A stretch of 64,000 nucleotides of DNA from an uncultured Candidatus Saccharibacteria bacterium (GCA_964501135.1 CAZCRI010000002.1:29644-93643); one strand, 5' to 3'. Counted from the first letter of the stretch, positions 19,694 to 29,253 are shown. Numbers and translations are program-made. Notes: generated from the letters alone by a model not told the origin.

Positions 19694-21222
19694 TCTAGTA
19701 TTTCTCCACCAAAAATATTTATTGCGTCATCGAGAAGGTCATCTCCCCCACTTTCCGCTTTTGTAATTACTGATTTTTGACTAAGTGAATTTCGAAGGAC
19801 ACATTTGACTCGGTACTTCTTCCCGTAAACCTTAGTCAAAGTATTCTCAACAACCTGGCGATTCTTAGCGTCTTCGATTCTTTCCTTATGAAACTTATAA
19901 GGAAAGGCCAAGGTTACTGTATCGGCGGTGAATTCAGGCTCACAGACCTTTAGTACAGCATGAATCGAGTTGTTAGTGCTTTTAACTTCTAGCAAGAAGT
20001 GCTGCCATTTGCCACGATCATCCATGGTGGCTGTGTCTACCATAGGCTTGTTCTCGACCTTTTCGTTTGTTGGTTTCGCACTAGCAGCTACAGGTTTCTG
20101 ATGTATAACGCCTGCGTAACCCGTACATGCCTTGATTGTCGCTACTTCAAGTGAGAGCTGATGCAACCCGGAATACTTGTAGAGGGAGTCGTTTTTGATA
20201 TAGGTATCCATAAGAGTGATGAGGTCTGCTGTAGTCGTTGTTTTTAGAATATCAACGTATAATTTCTCCGAGGCAGGCGAAAGTCCAATCTCAGAGATAC
20301 CGGTAGCGCTTGCCAAAGACAGTCTACGAAGAACCTCTACAATATTTTTAAGAAATTGTGCCGGTTCGTAGCCGTTTTCGAGTGCTTTACCTAGGACTTC
20401 AAGGGCAGCTGCGGTCTCTTTTTTTACAACTGCAAAAACGTAATCTTCCACCAAGCTGTAGTCACTAATTCCTAGGAGGTTCTCCATATCAGAAGCGGCG
20501 ATCTCGCCCTTTTTCATATCAGCAACTTGATCAAGCATCGAGATTGCGTCACGAAATCCACCTTCACTCGCTCGAACAATGAGTTCGAGTGCCTTATCGT
20601 CAATCATAATCTTTTCCTGGTCGGCAATGAAGCGTAACCGCTCGGAAAGAGCTTTCTCGTTGATTTGATGGAAGTCAAAGCGTTGGCATCTAGATTGAAT
20701 GGTCGGAATAATCTTTTGGATCTCGGTGGTAGCTAATATAAACACTGTATGCTCTGGTGGTTCCTCGAGTGTTTTTAGGAGGGCGTTGAAAGAAGATTTA
20801 GAAAGCATATGCGCTTCATCGATTATGTAAACTTTGTACTTTAGATTTGTGGGGGCAAACTTGGCACGTTCGATAATAACTTCTCGAATATTATCTACTT
20901 GGGTATGAGAAGCAGCGTCGATTTCGATAATATCAACCGTAGAACCACTCGTAATGAGTTTACACTTTTCGCAGGTGTTGTCCGGGTTCCCCGCAACATT
21001 GTGTTCACAGTTTATCGCCTTGGCCAAAATACGAGCAGCAGATGTCTTCCCTACTCCTCTAGGTCCGTGGAATAAATAGGCATGAGCAAAACGCCCTTCA
21101 GCAACTGAATTCTTCAGGGTTTTTGTAATATGATCTTGCCCATAGAGGTCGTCAAAATCAACAGATCGGTATTTTCGATACAGGGCTACTTTGGCCAAAA
21201 TCCACCTCAAATATATAATCAA
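19690..21222 (-). CDS. dnaX: DNA polymerase III subunit gamma/tau
   Basis: AAA+ clamp-loader motifs (GPRGVGKTS, DEAHML, SRC); stop codon TGA; 4-nt overlap with dnaB. Confidence 0.9.
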   Translation of the reverse strand: MIIYLRWILAKVALYRKYRSVDFDDLYGQDHITKTLKNSVAEGRFAHAYLFHGPRGVGKTSAARILAKAINCEHNVAGNPDNTCEKCKLITSGSTVDIIEIDAASHTQVDNIREVIIERAKFAPTNLKYKVYIIDEAHMLSKSSFNALLKTLEEPPEHTVFILATTEIQKIIPTIQSRCQRFDFHQINEKALSERLRFIADQEKIMIDDKALELIVRASEGGFRDAISMLDQVADMKKGEIAASDMENLLGISDYSLVEDYVFAVVKKETAAALEVLGKALENGYEPAQFLKNIVEVLRRLSLASATGISEIGLSPASEKLYVDILKTTTTADLITLMDTYIKNDSLYKYSGLHQLSLEVATIKACTGYAGVIHQKPVAASAKPTNEKVENKPMVDTATMDDRGKWQHFLLEVKSTNNSIHAVLKVCEPEFTADTVTLAFPYKFHKERIEDAKNRQVVENTLTKVYGKKYRVKCVLRNSLSQKSVITKAESGGDDLLDDAINIFGGEILE

Positions 21223-21249
21223 TAATAGTTGGCCTATGTATTATAGGTT

Positions 21250-21282
21250 AAAACAAGAGTCTTTTCGAGCCTAAAAAGACTC
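21250..21282 (-). terminator. intrinsic terminator downstream of the 312-aa hypothetical gene
   Basis: GAGTCTTTT/AAAAGACTC 9-bp stem, minus strand followed by TTGTTTTAAC. Confidence 0.55.
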
Positions 21283-21328
21283 ATTTTAGGTTATAAACAA
21301 GCTTTCTTGGTGGAAAAGCTGGGGAAAG

Positions 21329-22267
21329 CTAGATTTCTAGCTCAGCGATTGGCTGATCTTGCTTGTTTGGCGTAGGAGTTGAATCAACCGCACTAAGATC
21401 AGAGGCCACCATACCGTCTGGTGGGAGCTGAGCTGCAGTGGGAGAGACAAATTCAGGAGTGGTTATATTCTTGAGATTATTCTTGAGATTCTCTAGAAGT
21501 TGCTCATCGCTGAGGTTTTCATCGCCTTGGGAAAATTCAATCTTTGGTGCCAAGGGATCTTCTTTGACTGGTTCAGGTGCTACGGCTGGCTCAGTCGTTA
21601 CTTCTGTCTCTGTTTCCACAGCTGGGGTAGTTTGTACTTCAGGAACTTCTATATTGGCTGCCGGCTCCATAATTGTCTCAGGCGTCGTGATTTCAGTAGG
21701 CGTAGACTTCTCTGAGGTGTCGTCAGCGGATTCAATGTTCGCACCCTTGGAAATTACATTCTCTAGGGCAGCCCAGCTTGCTTCTTGACCCGCAGGAAGG
21801 AGGACGGTTACCGAATCACCCGGCTCAGCTTTGTAGAAAGTGATGCTTGCAGTTAACACTTTGTACTTCTTGCCTTCAGCGAGAACTACGTAGCTGCTTC
21901 CGTCGAGGCTAAGTGTCCCAACCAGACTTTTTCTTTCTGCTGGGCGGATCTGTTTAAAGATAAAGCTACCATCTGCAGCTATTGTTAGTTTCAGGCCATC
22001 ACCCTCGACAAGCTTTGATTTTGAAGCATAATTGGCAGGAACTGGATAATTTTTGCCGTCACTAGCTATCATTTCTTCGCCGTTAAAAACACCCTCAATA
22101 ATGCTTTCATTTAGCATCTCAGGGGCGCCGCCAGCTTCTTCTTTAGTTGGTTCACTATTTATCGTGGCAGGCTTTCCAATATACTCTCGAAGCATATTAC
22201 GGGCTGATGCCAGGTTACCTTCAGCGGCGTCCAGTAGTTTCTGGATTTTAGCTAATTTTTCATCCAT
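21329..22267 (-). CDS. hypothetical protein with acidic Pro/Thr/Glu-rich low-complexity C-terminal half
   Basis: 312 aa; N-terminal coiled-coil-like region, central beta-rich region, C-terminal TPE-rich repeats. Confidence 0.5.
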   Translation of the reverse strand: MDEKLAKIQKLLDAAEGNLASARNMLREYIGKPATINSEPTKEEAGGAPEMLNESIIEGVFNGEEMIASDGKNYPVPANYASKSKLVEGDGLKLTIAADGSFIFKQIRPAERKSLVGTLSLDGSSYVVLAEGKKYKVLTASITFYKAEPGDSVTVLLPAGQEASWAALENVISKGANIESADDTSEKSTPTEITTPETIMEPAANIEVPEVQTTPAVETETEVTTEPAVAPEPVKEDPLAPKIEFSQGDENLSDEQLLENLKNNLKNITTPEFVSPTAAQLPPDGMVASDLSAVDSTPTPNKQDQPIAELEI

Positions 22268-22291
22268 GGGTCCTCCTTGTTTGTTTCTGTT

Positions 22292-23458
22292 TTACGATTT
22301 GATTGTATCACTTGCTAGGTAGGTTTGTAAGAATCCATCGCGAAAAACTTGAAAATCATTTTTCTCTATAGCTTCCCTTGCTTGGTCGACTAGATTTACC
22401 AAAAAGTGAAGGTTGTGAATACTCATCAGGCTGGCTCCGAGGAGTTCATTTTCACGTAATAGATGCGCTAGATATGCCCGAGAGTGATGTTTGCAGGTAT
22501 GGCAACTACACGTGTCATCAAGTGGGGTGAAGTCCGTGCGAAAAACATTGTTTTTGAGCGTTAGTTTGCCTTTTCTGGTATAGGCAACACCGTGTCTACC
22601 AAGCCTGGTTGGAGATACACAGTCAAACATATCAATTCCGGCAGCAATACCGTTCAGTAAGTCTTCCGGTTCCCCTATCCCCATCAAGTATCTTGGCTTA
22701 TCGGCCGGTAATAGTGGTAGGGTTGCATCTAGAGCTGCCTGTTGCTTGGCTTTTGACTCTCCGGCGTTTGCTACGCCTCCGATTGCAAAACCCGCTACAT
22801 CAAAGCGTGACAGCGCGAGAAACGATTTTTCGCGAAGCGATGGAACAGTACCTCCTTGCACAATTGCAAACAGGGCAGGTTTATAGCCATACAATGGTTT
22901 TTTCGTCTCGTAGTAATGATAAGCACGCTGAAACCACTCTGAGGTCATATCTACGGCCTTCTCGACTTCGGCATCGCTCGCCTCCGCCGAGGGACACCAG
23001 TCGAGAGGCATCATAATGTCTGAGCCGATTGAAAATTGGATATCAACAACTTTCTCGGGAGTGAACATGTGCTTGGAGCCATCTTTGTAGGAACTAAATT
23101 CTGCTCCAGCATCTGTAATTTTTACCAAGGATTTGCCTTCGCGTCCCTGAGATAAAGAAAAAACCTGATACCCTCCAGAGTCGGTAAGGATAGGCTTATC
23201 CCAGTTCATGAAATGATGCAAACCACTGCCAGCTTCTAGAATCTCGGTTCCTGGACGAAGGTATAAATGGTAGGTATTTCCGAGGATAATCTGAGCCCCA
23301 AGCTCTTCGAGCTCATGATTATCGACTCCTTTTACCGTTCCTGCGGTTCCAACGGGCATGAAAACTGGGGTTTTAATTGTACCGTGAGCGGTAGAGATTT
23401 CACCACTCCTTGCTAGTCCGTCAGTCACGCCGAGTTTAAAGAAAAACTTACTCTCCAT
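22292..23458 (-). CDS. tgt: queuine tRNA-ribosyltransferase
   Basis: 388 aa TIM barrel; zinc site CSCHTCKHH...H. Confidence 0.85.
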   Translation of the reverse strand: MESKFFFKLGVTDGLARSGEISTAHGTIKTPVFMPVGTAGTVKGVDNHELEELGAQIILGNTYHLYLRPGTEILEAGSGLHHFMNWDKPILTDSGGYQVFSLSQGREGKSLVKITDAGAEFSSYKDGSKHMFTPEKVVDIQFSIGSDIMMPLDWCPSAEASDAEVEKAVDMTSEWFQRAYHYYETKKPLYGYKPALFAIVQGGTVPSLREKSFLALSRFDVAGFAIGGVANAGESKAKQQAALDATLPLLPADKPRYLMGIGEPEDLLNGIAAGIDMFDCVSPTRLGRHGVAYTRKGKLTLKNNVFRTDFTPLDDTCSCHTCKHHSRAYLAHLLRENELLGASLMSIHNLHFLVNLVDQAREAIEKNDFQVFRDGFLQTYLASDTIKS

Positions 23459-23459
23459 C

Positions 23460-24635
23460 TTATGCCACCTGCTTTGCGATTCGGGACATTAGCAAGGTTA
23501 GGAGTGCGACCAACATGAACATAATTCCAAAAAATACTGTCTGCGAAAATAGTATCGAAAGAATTACAAAAAGTGATAGCCCAACGACACGGGTGAGGTT
23601 AAAAATATTTTCGCTGGCTAGAATTAGCTGCCCGCAAGGTTTTGCTTTCTTGGTGGTAATGTAGAAAATACCCGACCAACCCACTGCCATCACGGCGTAT
23701 AAGATTGATTTTATTGGGGTTGAGGTTAGGATTGTCATCTCCCCTGGTAGAAATACTCGAACTATCCATACAAGTGCAATTAATGGCACTGTATACTGGA
23801 CGATTCTCCCATATCGGTTCTGGTTAGAGAATTTGCCTGTAAGAAATGAAACTAATGCCATCAGTAATGAAATAAAGGAATAAATACCACCTACTGTTTT
23901 GGTACTACTAAAAATCAAGAATATATATAATGGCCAAAACACGCTGCCAGCTGTTGCTTCCAGTGAGTAGCCAATACTCGCTAGGACCAGGTTGCGGTAC
24001 TCTTTGGACATTACGAGTCTATATACAGAAGAATTCGTAATCGCATCAACTGCCATTGGATGTCCACTGAAAAACATCAATGGTACTAAGGCAACGGTAA
24101 CAATTCCTGTCGCAATCCAAAATGTAAGCCCATATCCACTGACTGCGATCAAAAGGCCTCCTAGTAATGGGCTCGCAAATTGCATCAGGGAAACAAACAT
24201 ATTTCTTGTGCCTACTTCATCACCAAGATCTCCGTCATCGTCAGAGGCACAGCTAAAATCTGCATGATAGCCAACATTAAAGAGTAATCGATGTAGCGCA
24301 AGTAGAGCCGGCAACAAAAAAACGAAAAGCCCAAAACCTTTCGCTAAAGGGAGTAATCCGTAATAAAGAATCAGGAAAGGCACACCGGAGATAATCATTG
24401 TCTTATCGGTAATTCTATTGAAAAAGCGTGAAAAGATACTCGAAAAAAATACAAAATAGAGGGCATCAAGTAAATAGTAGCCGATTATCCAAGGTAAGCT
24501 GAACCCGAGTGACCAAAGGAATATCGGAACGAAAATACTGATCATTCCCTCTGCAAATGAAAGCAAGCTAAGGGCGAAGTAGAGGGCATCTACCTCTTTG
24601 TTTTCAATAAACCTACGACTGTGAGTATGTAGCAT
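23460..24635 (-). CDS. polytopic membrane protein (transporter-like, MFS-like topology)
   Basis: 391 aa, ~12 hydrophobic segments. Confidence 0.5.
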   Translation of the reverse strand: MLHTHSRRFIENKEVDALYFALSLLSFAEGMISIFVPIFLWSLGFSLPWIIGYYLLDALYFVFFSSIFSRFFNRITDKTMIISGVPFLILYYGLLPLAKGFGLFVFLLPALLALHRLLFNVGYHADFSCASDDDGDLGDEVGTRNMFVSLMQFASPLLGGLLIAVSGYGLTFWIATGIVTVALVPLMFFSGHPMAVDAITNSSVYRLVMSKEYRNLVLASIGYSLEATAGSVFWPLYIFLIFSSTKTVGGIYSFISLLMALVSFLTGKFSNQNRYGRIVQYTVPLIALVWIVRVFLPGEMTILTSTPIKSILYAVMAVGWSGIFYITTKKAKPCGQLILASENIFNLTRVVGLSLFVILSILFSQTVFFGIMFMLVALLTLLMSRIAKQVA

Positions 24636-24645
24636 TGTTACATTA

Positions 24646-24680
24646 TAACAAAAAAGAGACCCACAAGGGGTCCCTTTTTA
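24646..24680 (-). terminator. intrinsic terminator downstream of rplL (flanked by A/T runs on both strands)
   Basis: GACCC/GGGTC stem with T6 on minus side and T5 on plus side. Confidence 0.45.
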
Positions 24681-24694
24681 GTAAGATAAGCGAA

Positions 24695-25102
24695 TTACTG
24701 AAGTTCTACTGTAGCGCCAGCTTCTACAAGCTTAGCCTTAGCAGCTTCTGCATCTTCCTTCTTTAGGTTCTCTTTAACAGTAGCAGGTGCACCATCTACA
24801 AGATCCTTTGCTTCCTTAAGACCTAGCTCTGGAAGTACTTCGCGTACAGCCTTGATAACTGAGATCTTGTTTGCACCAGCAGCGGTGATAACTACGTTGA
24901 ATGAAGATTTCTCTTCAACTTCAGCGGCAGCGGCGCCACCAGCGGCAGGCATAGCGCCCATCATCATTGGAGCAGCGGCAGAAACGCCGAATTTGTCCTC
25001 AAGTGCCTTTACGAGCTCAGAAAGCTCAAGAACGCTCATGGTTTCGATTTGTTTAATTAGTTCTGCGAACTTAGGATTAACTTCTTTTACTTCTTCAGAC
25101 AT
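24695..25102 (-). CDS. rplL: 50S ribosomal protein L7/L12
   Basis: 135 aa; Ala/Glu-rich hinge, conserved C-terminal domain. Confidence 0.9.
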   Translation of the reverse strand: MSEEVKEVNPKFAELIKQIETMSVLELSELVKALEDKFGVSAAAPMMMGAMPAAGGAAAAEVEEKSSFNVVITAAGANKISVIKAVREVLPELGLKEAKDLVDGAPATVKENLKKEDAEAAKAKLVEAGATVELQ

Positions 25103-25134
25103 AATGTCTCCTTTGTTTTTTTGTGATTAATAAA

Positions 25135-25656
25135 TTACTTTTGTTCTGCGACTGCGTTTAAAACGTTTACCAGACCGCGGATGTTGCCAGCAAGGACGTT
25201 TACCATACCAGACATTGGGGCAGCAATGGTACCAACCAGTTGGCCCAGAAGCTGTTCTCTGCTAGGAAGACTGGCGAGAGATTTGACCATGATGTCACTG
25301 ATCTCTTTTCCTTCTAGGACGCCGCCTACAATAGCAAATTTGTCATTTTTCTTGGAGTATTCGAAAGCGATTTTCGCTGGAGCAACCTCGTCTTCCATAC
25401 CAAATGCAACTGCAAATGGATGGTTGTGAGTGGCGTCCTTTGAAAGCTCGATTCCAGCTTCCTTTGAGGCAATTTGGAATAAGGTGTTCTTTACAACCTT
25501 GAGTTCCACACCCTCAGCACGAAGCTTGTTTCGAACTTCGTCTAGCTCTTCTACAGTAAGACCACGATAGTCAGTAAAAACAACCGATTTTGCTGATTTT
25601 AGCTTGTCTACCAGTGCCGATACTAGCTCTTCTTTTTTCTGTCGTGTAATTGCCAT
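25135..25656 (-). CDS. rplJ: 50S ribosomal protein L10
   Basis: L10 family; start placed at MAITRQKKEEL preceded by GGGAGAGGGAGAG SD; the 41-aa upstream extension in the track ORF is most likely 5' leader. Confidence 0.85.
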   Translation of the reverse strand: MAITRQKKEELVSALVDKLKSAKSVVFTDYRGLTVEELDEVRNKLRAEGVELKVVKNTLFQIASKEAGIELSKDATHNHPFAVAFGMEDEVAPAKIAFEYSKKNDKFAIVGGVLEGKEISDIMVKSLASLPSREQLLGQLVGTIAAPMSGMVNVLAGNIRGLVNVLNAVAEQK

Positions 25657-25855
25657 TTTCTCTCCCTCTCCCTTCTGCCATTTTGACCGAAGCGGAGAAA
25701 TCTTTTTAGTGCCTAGGCACCCTTGTCGACCCAATAAAAAATCTTCGATTTCTCGAAGACACATTGGAATAAAATTCATAAAGATTATGCGTTTTACTCC
25801 CTCGGTAGCGGATTAAGCCCTGTGGGCAGCTACTGTCTCCGGAAATTACCTACGT

Positions 25856-25884
25856 ATTTTAGCAAAATATAGCTGTAAGGTCAA
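25856..25884 (-). promoter_or_regulatory. sigma70-like promoter of rplJ-rplL with ~190-nt structured leader
   Basis: minus strand TTGACC (25884-25879), 17 nt spacer, TAAAAT (25861-25856); leader contains hairpins (TCTTCGA/TCGAAGA, GTGCCTAGGCAC palindrome), candidate L10 autoregulatory leader. Confidence 0.5.
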
Positions 25885-25903
25885 GCAAAATCTTATAAAT
25901 GGC

Positions 25904-25939
25904 GTTAGTGCCGGCTCCCTCGCGGTTGCCGGCACTAAC
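25904..25939 (-). terminator. perfect 12-bp GC-rich stem-loop, terminator of island gene 25961..26341 and left edge of GC-rich insert
   Basis: GTTAGTGCCGGC tccctcgcggtt GCCGGCACTAAC; 21 nt downstream of the gene stop; weak U-tract. Confidence 0.5.
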
Positions 25940-25960
25940 AGTACCACATGGAACTTGGGC

Positions 25961-26341
25961 CTACTGGAGGCGGAGTTGCAGCTCGTGATTGAACTTGTCC
26001 TTCTCGGACTGCGGCACAGCGTCGTACCAGGCGCTCGTCGCTTCGAAGTAGGAATCGCGCAACTCGGCCGGAATGAGGTCATTGGTACAGATAGCAAGGT
26101 AGAGCTTGCTGCCTCCTACCGTGAGGAGCTTCTCGCTGTCCGGCCGTTCCGGGTTGTCACTTGCCACTGCAAGTGCCTGCGCATCCTGCAGGGCGCTGCG
26201 GAGCTGAGAACGATAGAGCTTGCTGATCGACTCATCGCTGCTCTGCAGGACGTCCGCAGCGAACTCCTCCATAAGCGCGAGAGCACCGCGCTTCTGCGCG
26301 ATCTCAGCTTCGATCTGCTCGGGCTTTCGGCTGTCCGCCAT
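25961..26341 (-). CDS. hypothetical protein (126 aa), GC-rich island gene
   Basis: Start at MADSRKPEQ preceded by AGGAGA SD (6-nt spacer); GC-rich; antisense + ORF is Leu/Arg-rich and looks like a GC artefact. Confidence 0.5.
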   Translation of the reverse strand: MADSRKPEQIEAEIAQKRGALALMEEFAADVLQSSDESISKLYRSQLRSALQDAQALAVASDNPERPDSEKLLTVGGSKLYLAICTNDLIPAELRDSYFEATSAWYDAVPQSEKDKFNHELQLRLQ

Positions 26342-26407
26342 GACGAATCTCCTGTTCCTCAAGGTTTGGATAGGTGGTACTGTGTCTTGCGACGCCTAAA
26401 TATAACA

Positions 26408-26797
26408 TTATTGCTTTGTGTGGTCAAGAAGGGCAGATGAGTACAAAGTCCTCCCTAAGAGCCTATATTTGCCTGAGAGAGCCCTTGCAGCCGCAATTTC
26501 ACTGCGCATTTGTGCAAATTTCAAGTCATTACCCTTACAAAAGAACTCGCGGCAAACCTGGGGTCGCCTAGCATGAATGCTACATTTCTCATTTTCTAAG
26601 TAGAAACAGCTTCCATCACTATTCTGCATAATGATATTTGCACCGCATTCAGTAGCTAAATCAAAATCATCTATAATCTCGAGCTGAGAGAAAGTTGTTT
26701 TGAACTCTCCCGACCGGTATTCTTCTTCGTTCAAGTTTATAAGAAACAGCTGGCAGCAGATGCCGCAAGAATCACATTTATTTGATATTATTTCCAT
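26408..26797 (-). CDS. YkgJ/UPF0153-family putative zinc/iron-chelating protein (CxxCxxCC)
   Basis: CDSCGICCQ motif plus downstream C..C..H..C cluster typical of PF03692. Confidence 0.6.
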   Translation of the reverse strand: MEIISNKCDSCGICCQLFLINLNEEEYRSGEFKTTFSQLEIIDDFDLATECGANIIMQNSDGSCFYLENEKCSIHARRPQVCREFFCKGNDLKFAQMRSEIAAARALSGKYRLLGRTLYSSALLDHTKQ

Positions 26798-26828
26798 CAC
26801 CCCATTCTATCAGTAAACTAGCATATCC

Positions 26829-26857
26829 TTGAAACAATATGTAATAAATGCTATATT
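26829..26857 (+). promoter_or_regulatory. sigma70-like promoter for + strand island gene
   Basis: TTGAAA (26829-26834), 17 nt, TATATT (26852-26857); followed by GGAGG SD at 26892. Confidence 0.5.
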
Positions 26858-26903
26858 ACCTTGTCACTCACCGTGGCAACTTCCAGGGAATGGAGGTGAG
26901 CTT

Positions 26904-27365
26904 GTGGCTCACGAAGAACTTGTAAGGAATATCGATTCTGCAAGAGATAGTTACCTTGAGTGCAAGGCTCGAGGTGACGAACTCACGCGGCAGGCTTGCC
27001 TCGAGTATCAGCAGGCTAACGAACATCTCCGCCTCCAGGCTTACGAGGCAGCGAAGCTGTTTGTCGTCATCATGTCACCATTCATGAGCATCTCAGAGAC
27101 AGAACGAAGTCTCGCATACTTTGTTCATCTCTTCGTCGAAAAGCCACTACCATCGAAGGACGACATCGACCTTCTCTCGGCGACAATTGAGCTCGCAAAG
27201 GCAACTAAACAGGAGCTGCTTGAGGCCGATTTGGCCGCGAGAGGACACGAGTTTCCTCGCCTCAGGACGGTGTTCCACTCTCTATGGGTTGACGAGCCTG
27301 TGGCAGACGACTACGCTATGGCCGTCATGAGGCTTTATCGTAGCGTCGGTTGCCACAAACCCTAG
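26904..27365 (+). CDS. hypothetical protein (153 aa) with own promoter, SD and terminator
   Basis: GTG start 7 nt after GGAGG; the track ORF start at 26829 overlaps the promoter; ends at a strong hairpin terminator. Confidence 0.5.
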   Translation: MAHEELVRNIDSARDSYLECKARGDELTRQACLEYQQANEHLRLQAYEAAKLFVVIMSPFMSISETERSLAYFVHLFVEKPLPSKDDIDLLSATIELAKATKQELLEADLAARGHEFPRLRTVFHSLWVDEPVADDYAMAVMRLYRSVGCHKP

Positions 27366-27431
27366 CGCCCAAAGCGCACGCACTTGTACTCCCGTACGAT
27401 GGCGCTGCACTTTGGGCGCTTTTCGTTATAT
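27364..27431 (+). terminator. intrinsic terminator (11-bp stem + T-tract), possibly bidirectional
   Basis: AGCGCCCAAAG ... CTTTGGGCGCT with inner GTAC-tccc-GTAC hairpin, followed by TTTTCGTTATAT. Confidence 0.65.
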
Positions 27432-27503
27432 AAAAATGGAAGACGCCCCCGCTGCAAAGTACACAACAGGGTTGTCTTCTTTGCCGCAGGGGCGCTGGTT
27501 TGG

Positions 27504-27944
27504 CTACTCTGTAGCCGGGTAATCCAAGCGGGGTGGCGCTCCCAGGTTGCTGAACACTTCCGGTATACTGGCCCCGTGAAGCACCCAGCACGCCAAGGTG
27601 AGATGAAAGCACGGATTCAGATGGGAACAATATCCGTGGCCGTCATCAAAACGATCGAGGTCCAGGAGTCGTGAGATGAGCTCCGCTCGACGCATATGGT
27701 CAAGCGACGTTATGAGTCCCTCGACTCGCGTCATGACACCAACGACCTGGTAGATCTGCGATTCGGCCTTGGCATAGCGGTATTTCGTGGTCACAAGGCG
27801 GATGATACTCCACAGTGGGAGCGCCTCCTGCAGATCAAAGAGCTCCGTTTGTCTTACTCGAAGCTCAAGGAGAAACTGCTCCGCCTTCGCGAGGAAAATC
27901 CGAAGTTGCTCCTCGACTATGGGAAGTTCATTATCGCCTACCAT
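27504..27944 (-). CDS. hypothetical protein (~146 aa), island gene
   Basis: Start at second ATG (MVGDNELP) preceded by GAGAGGGGA SD; upstream TAGACA-17-TATAAT promoter at 28007-27979. Confidence 0.45.
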   Translation of the reverse strand: MVGDNELPIVEEQLRIFLAKAEQFLLELRVRQTELFDLQEALPLWSIIRLVTTKYRYAKAESQIYQVVGVMTRVEGLITSLDHMRRAELISRLLDLDRFDDGHGYCSHLNPCFHLTLACWVLHGASIPEVFSNLGAPPRLDYPATE

Positions 27945-28017
27945 TGCATCCCCTCTCATTGTCGCAACCTATGAGCGAGATTATACGATGAAGTACGTGC
28001 ACTGTCTAGAGAAAACC

Positions 28018-29253
28018 TTAACTATTGCGAAGGGACAAATCGAGTTCCTGTGCCTCGGCGCTAGTAAGGAGCGACATCTCGTTGTAACCGAGTAGGCTAA
28101 GCCCCTCGATATCACGAACTCGTGAAAGCGCCACGTAACCCAAACCATAAGTAAAAGAACGAGAGAGATCGATCTCGGCGTAGTCCAAGGTCATCCCCTG
28201 GCTTTTGTGTATCGTGATTGCCCAGGCTAAGCGTAGGGGAATTTGCTCTATCCAATCGTCGGAGCCAATTTCGTCACTTCCCCATCGCATCGGTGCGGCA
28301 AGGACAGTATCTCCTCTAAAAGTTTCGACAACGGGATAACCAGTATCTATATCAAAATCAGTAACCACCCCAGTGGTTCCGTTAACGTAGTTTTTTGTTG
28401 GGTTGTTAAAGACGAACATTACCACAGCCCCCTTTCTTAGCCTGAGGGTTTCTGGCGCCAAGCAGCCCTTGCGCATTTGAGTGACGATGTAGCCCTCCCC
28501 GCTATCCTTCATCTCGAATAAGTGATCAACCCCTTCTAGGGTATTTAGTCTACTTTCGTTGTAAGTATCAACGTTAGTGTTGTGGGTATACAATTTGGTC
28601 GGAATGACGGTTTCATCAAAAGAAAAGTTTAGCCTCTCACTGAGGAGCCCCACGCTTTCGTCGCTGACTCGCGATTCACGAATTTCATTTAGGATTTTAT
28701 GTAGCGAGTTGTTCTCGGTTTGGCGGTATTGTTTATCCAAATAACAAACATGGAGATTCATTTGCTGCCAAGCAGTGGAGAGATTAACGAAATTACCCCT
28801 ATTCTTTACCTTTGAGACTGGCGGCAATTGAAAGAAATCACCACACAGAACCACCTGAAGGCCGCCAAAGGGGCCCAGTTCGGTCCTTACACGCCGACAA
28901 ATCTCATCCAACAGATCCAGCTGGTAATCATGAAGCATCGAGATTTCATCAATGATAAGGACACTAGCCTCCTGAATTCTCTTTATCGCTGCCTTATTCT
29001 TGGTGAACATCTTCTTTATTTCGGCGGGGGTCATGTGGTCCTTGATTCCCATACCACTCCAAGAGTGGATTGTAGCTCCACCGAGATGGGTTGCTGCGAT
29101 TCCTGTAGAAGCGGTAATCCCAACCTTAATCTGATTCTTGTTTAAATATTGAATAAACTGGTTTAAGAGATAAGTCTTGCCTGTACCTGCTTGACCGGTA
29201 ATTAAAGCGTTTTTACCGCTAACTAGTATTTCAAAAGCTTCTTCTTGTGTCAT
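28018..29253 (-). CDS. PIF1/RecD-family SF1B DNA helicase
   Basis: Walker A GQAGTGKTY, Walker B IIDEISM, motifs ITIHKSQG and YVALSRV; 411 aa. Confidence 0.85.
   Translation of the reverse strand: MTQEEAFEILVSGKNALITGQAGTGKTYLLNQFIQYLNKNQIKVGITASTGIAATHLGGATIHSWSGMGIKDHMTPAEIKKMFTKNKAAIKRIQEASVLIIDEISMLHDYQLDLLDEICRRVRTELGPFGGLQVVLCGDFFQLPPVSKVKNRGNFVNLSTAWQQMNLHVCYLDKQYRQTENNSLHKILNEIRESRVSDESVGLLSERLNFSFDETVIPTKLYTHNTNVDTYNESRLNTLEGVDHLFEMKDSGEGYIVTQMRKGCLAPETLRLRKGAVVMFVFNNPTKNYVNGTTGVVTDFDIDTGYPVVETFRGDTVLAAPMRWGSDEIGSDDWIEQIPLRLAWAITIHKSQGMTLDYAEIDLSRSFTYGLGYVALSRVRDIEGLSLLGYNEMSLLTSAEAQELDLSLRNS

Noticed and set aside
25657-25779. 41-aa N-terminal extension of rplJ in the track ORF
   Set aside because: L10 proteins are ~165-175 aa. 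A strong SD (GGGAGAGGGAGAG) precedes the internal MAITRQKK start, so the extension is almost certainly leader RNA.
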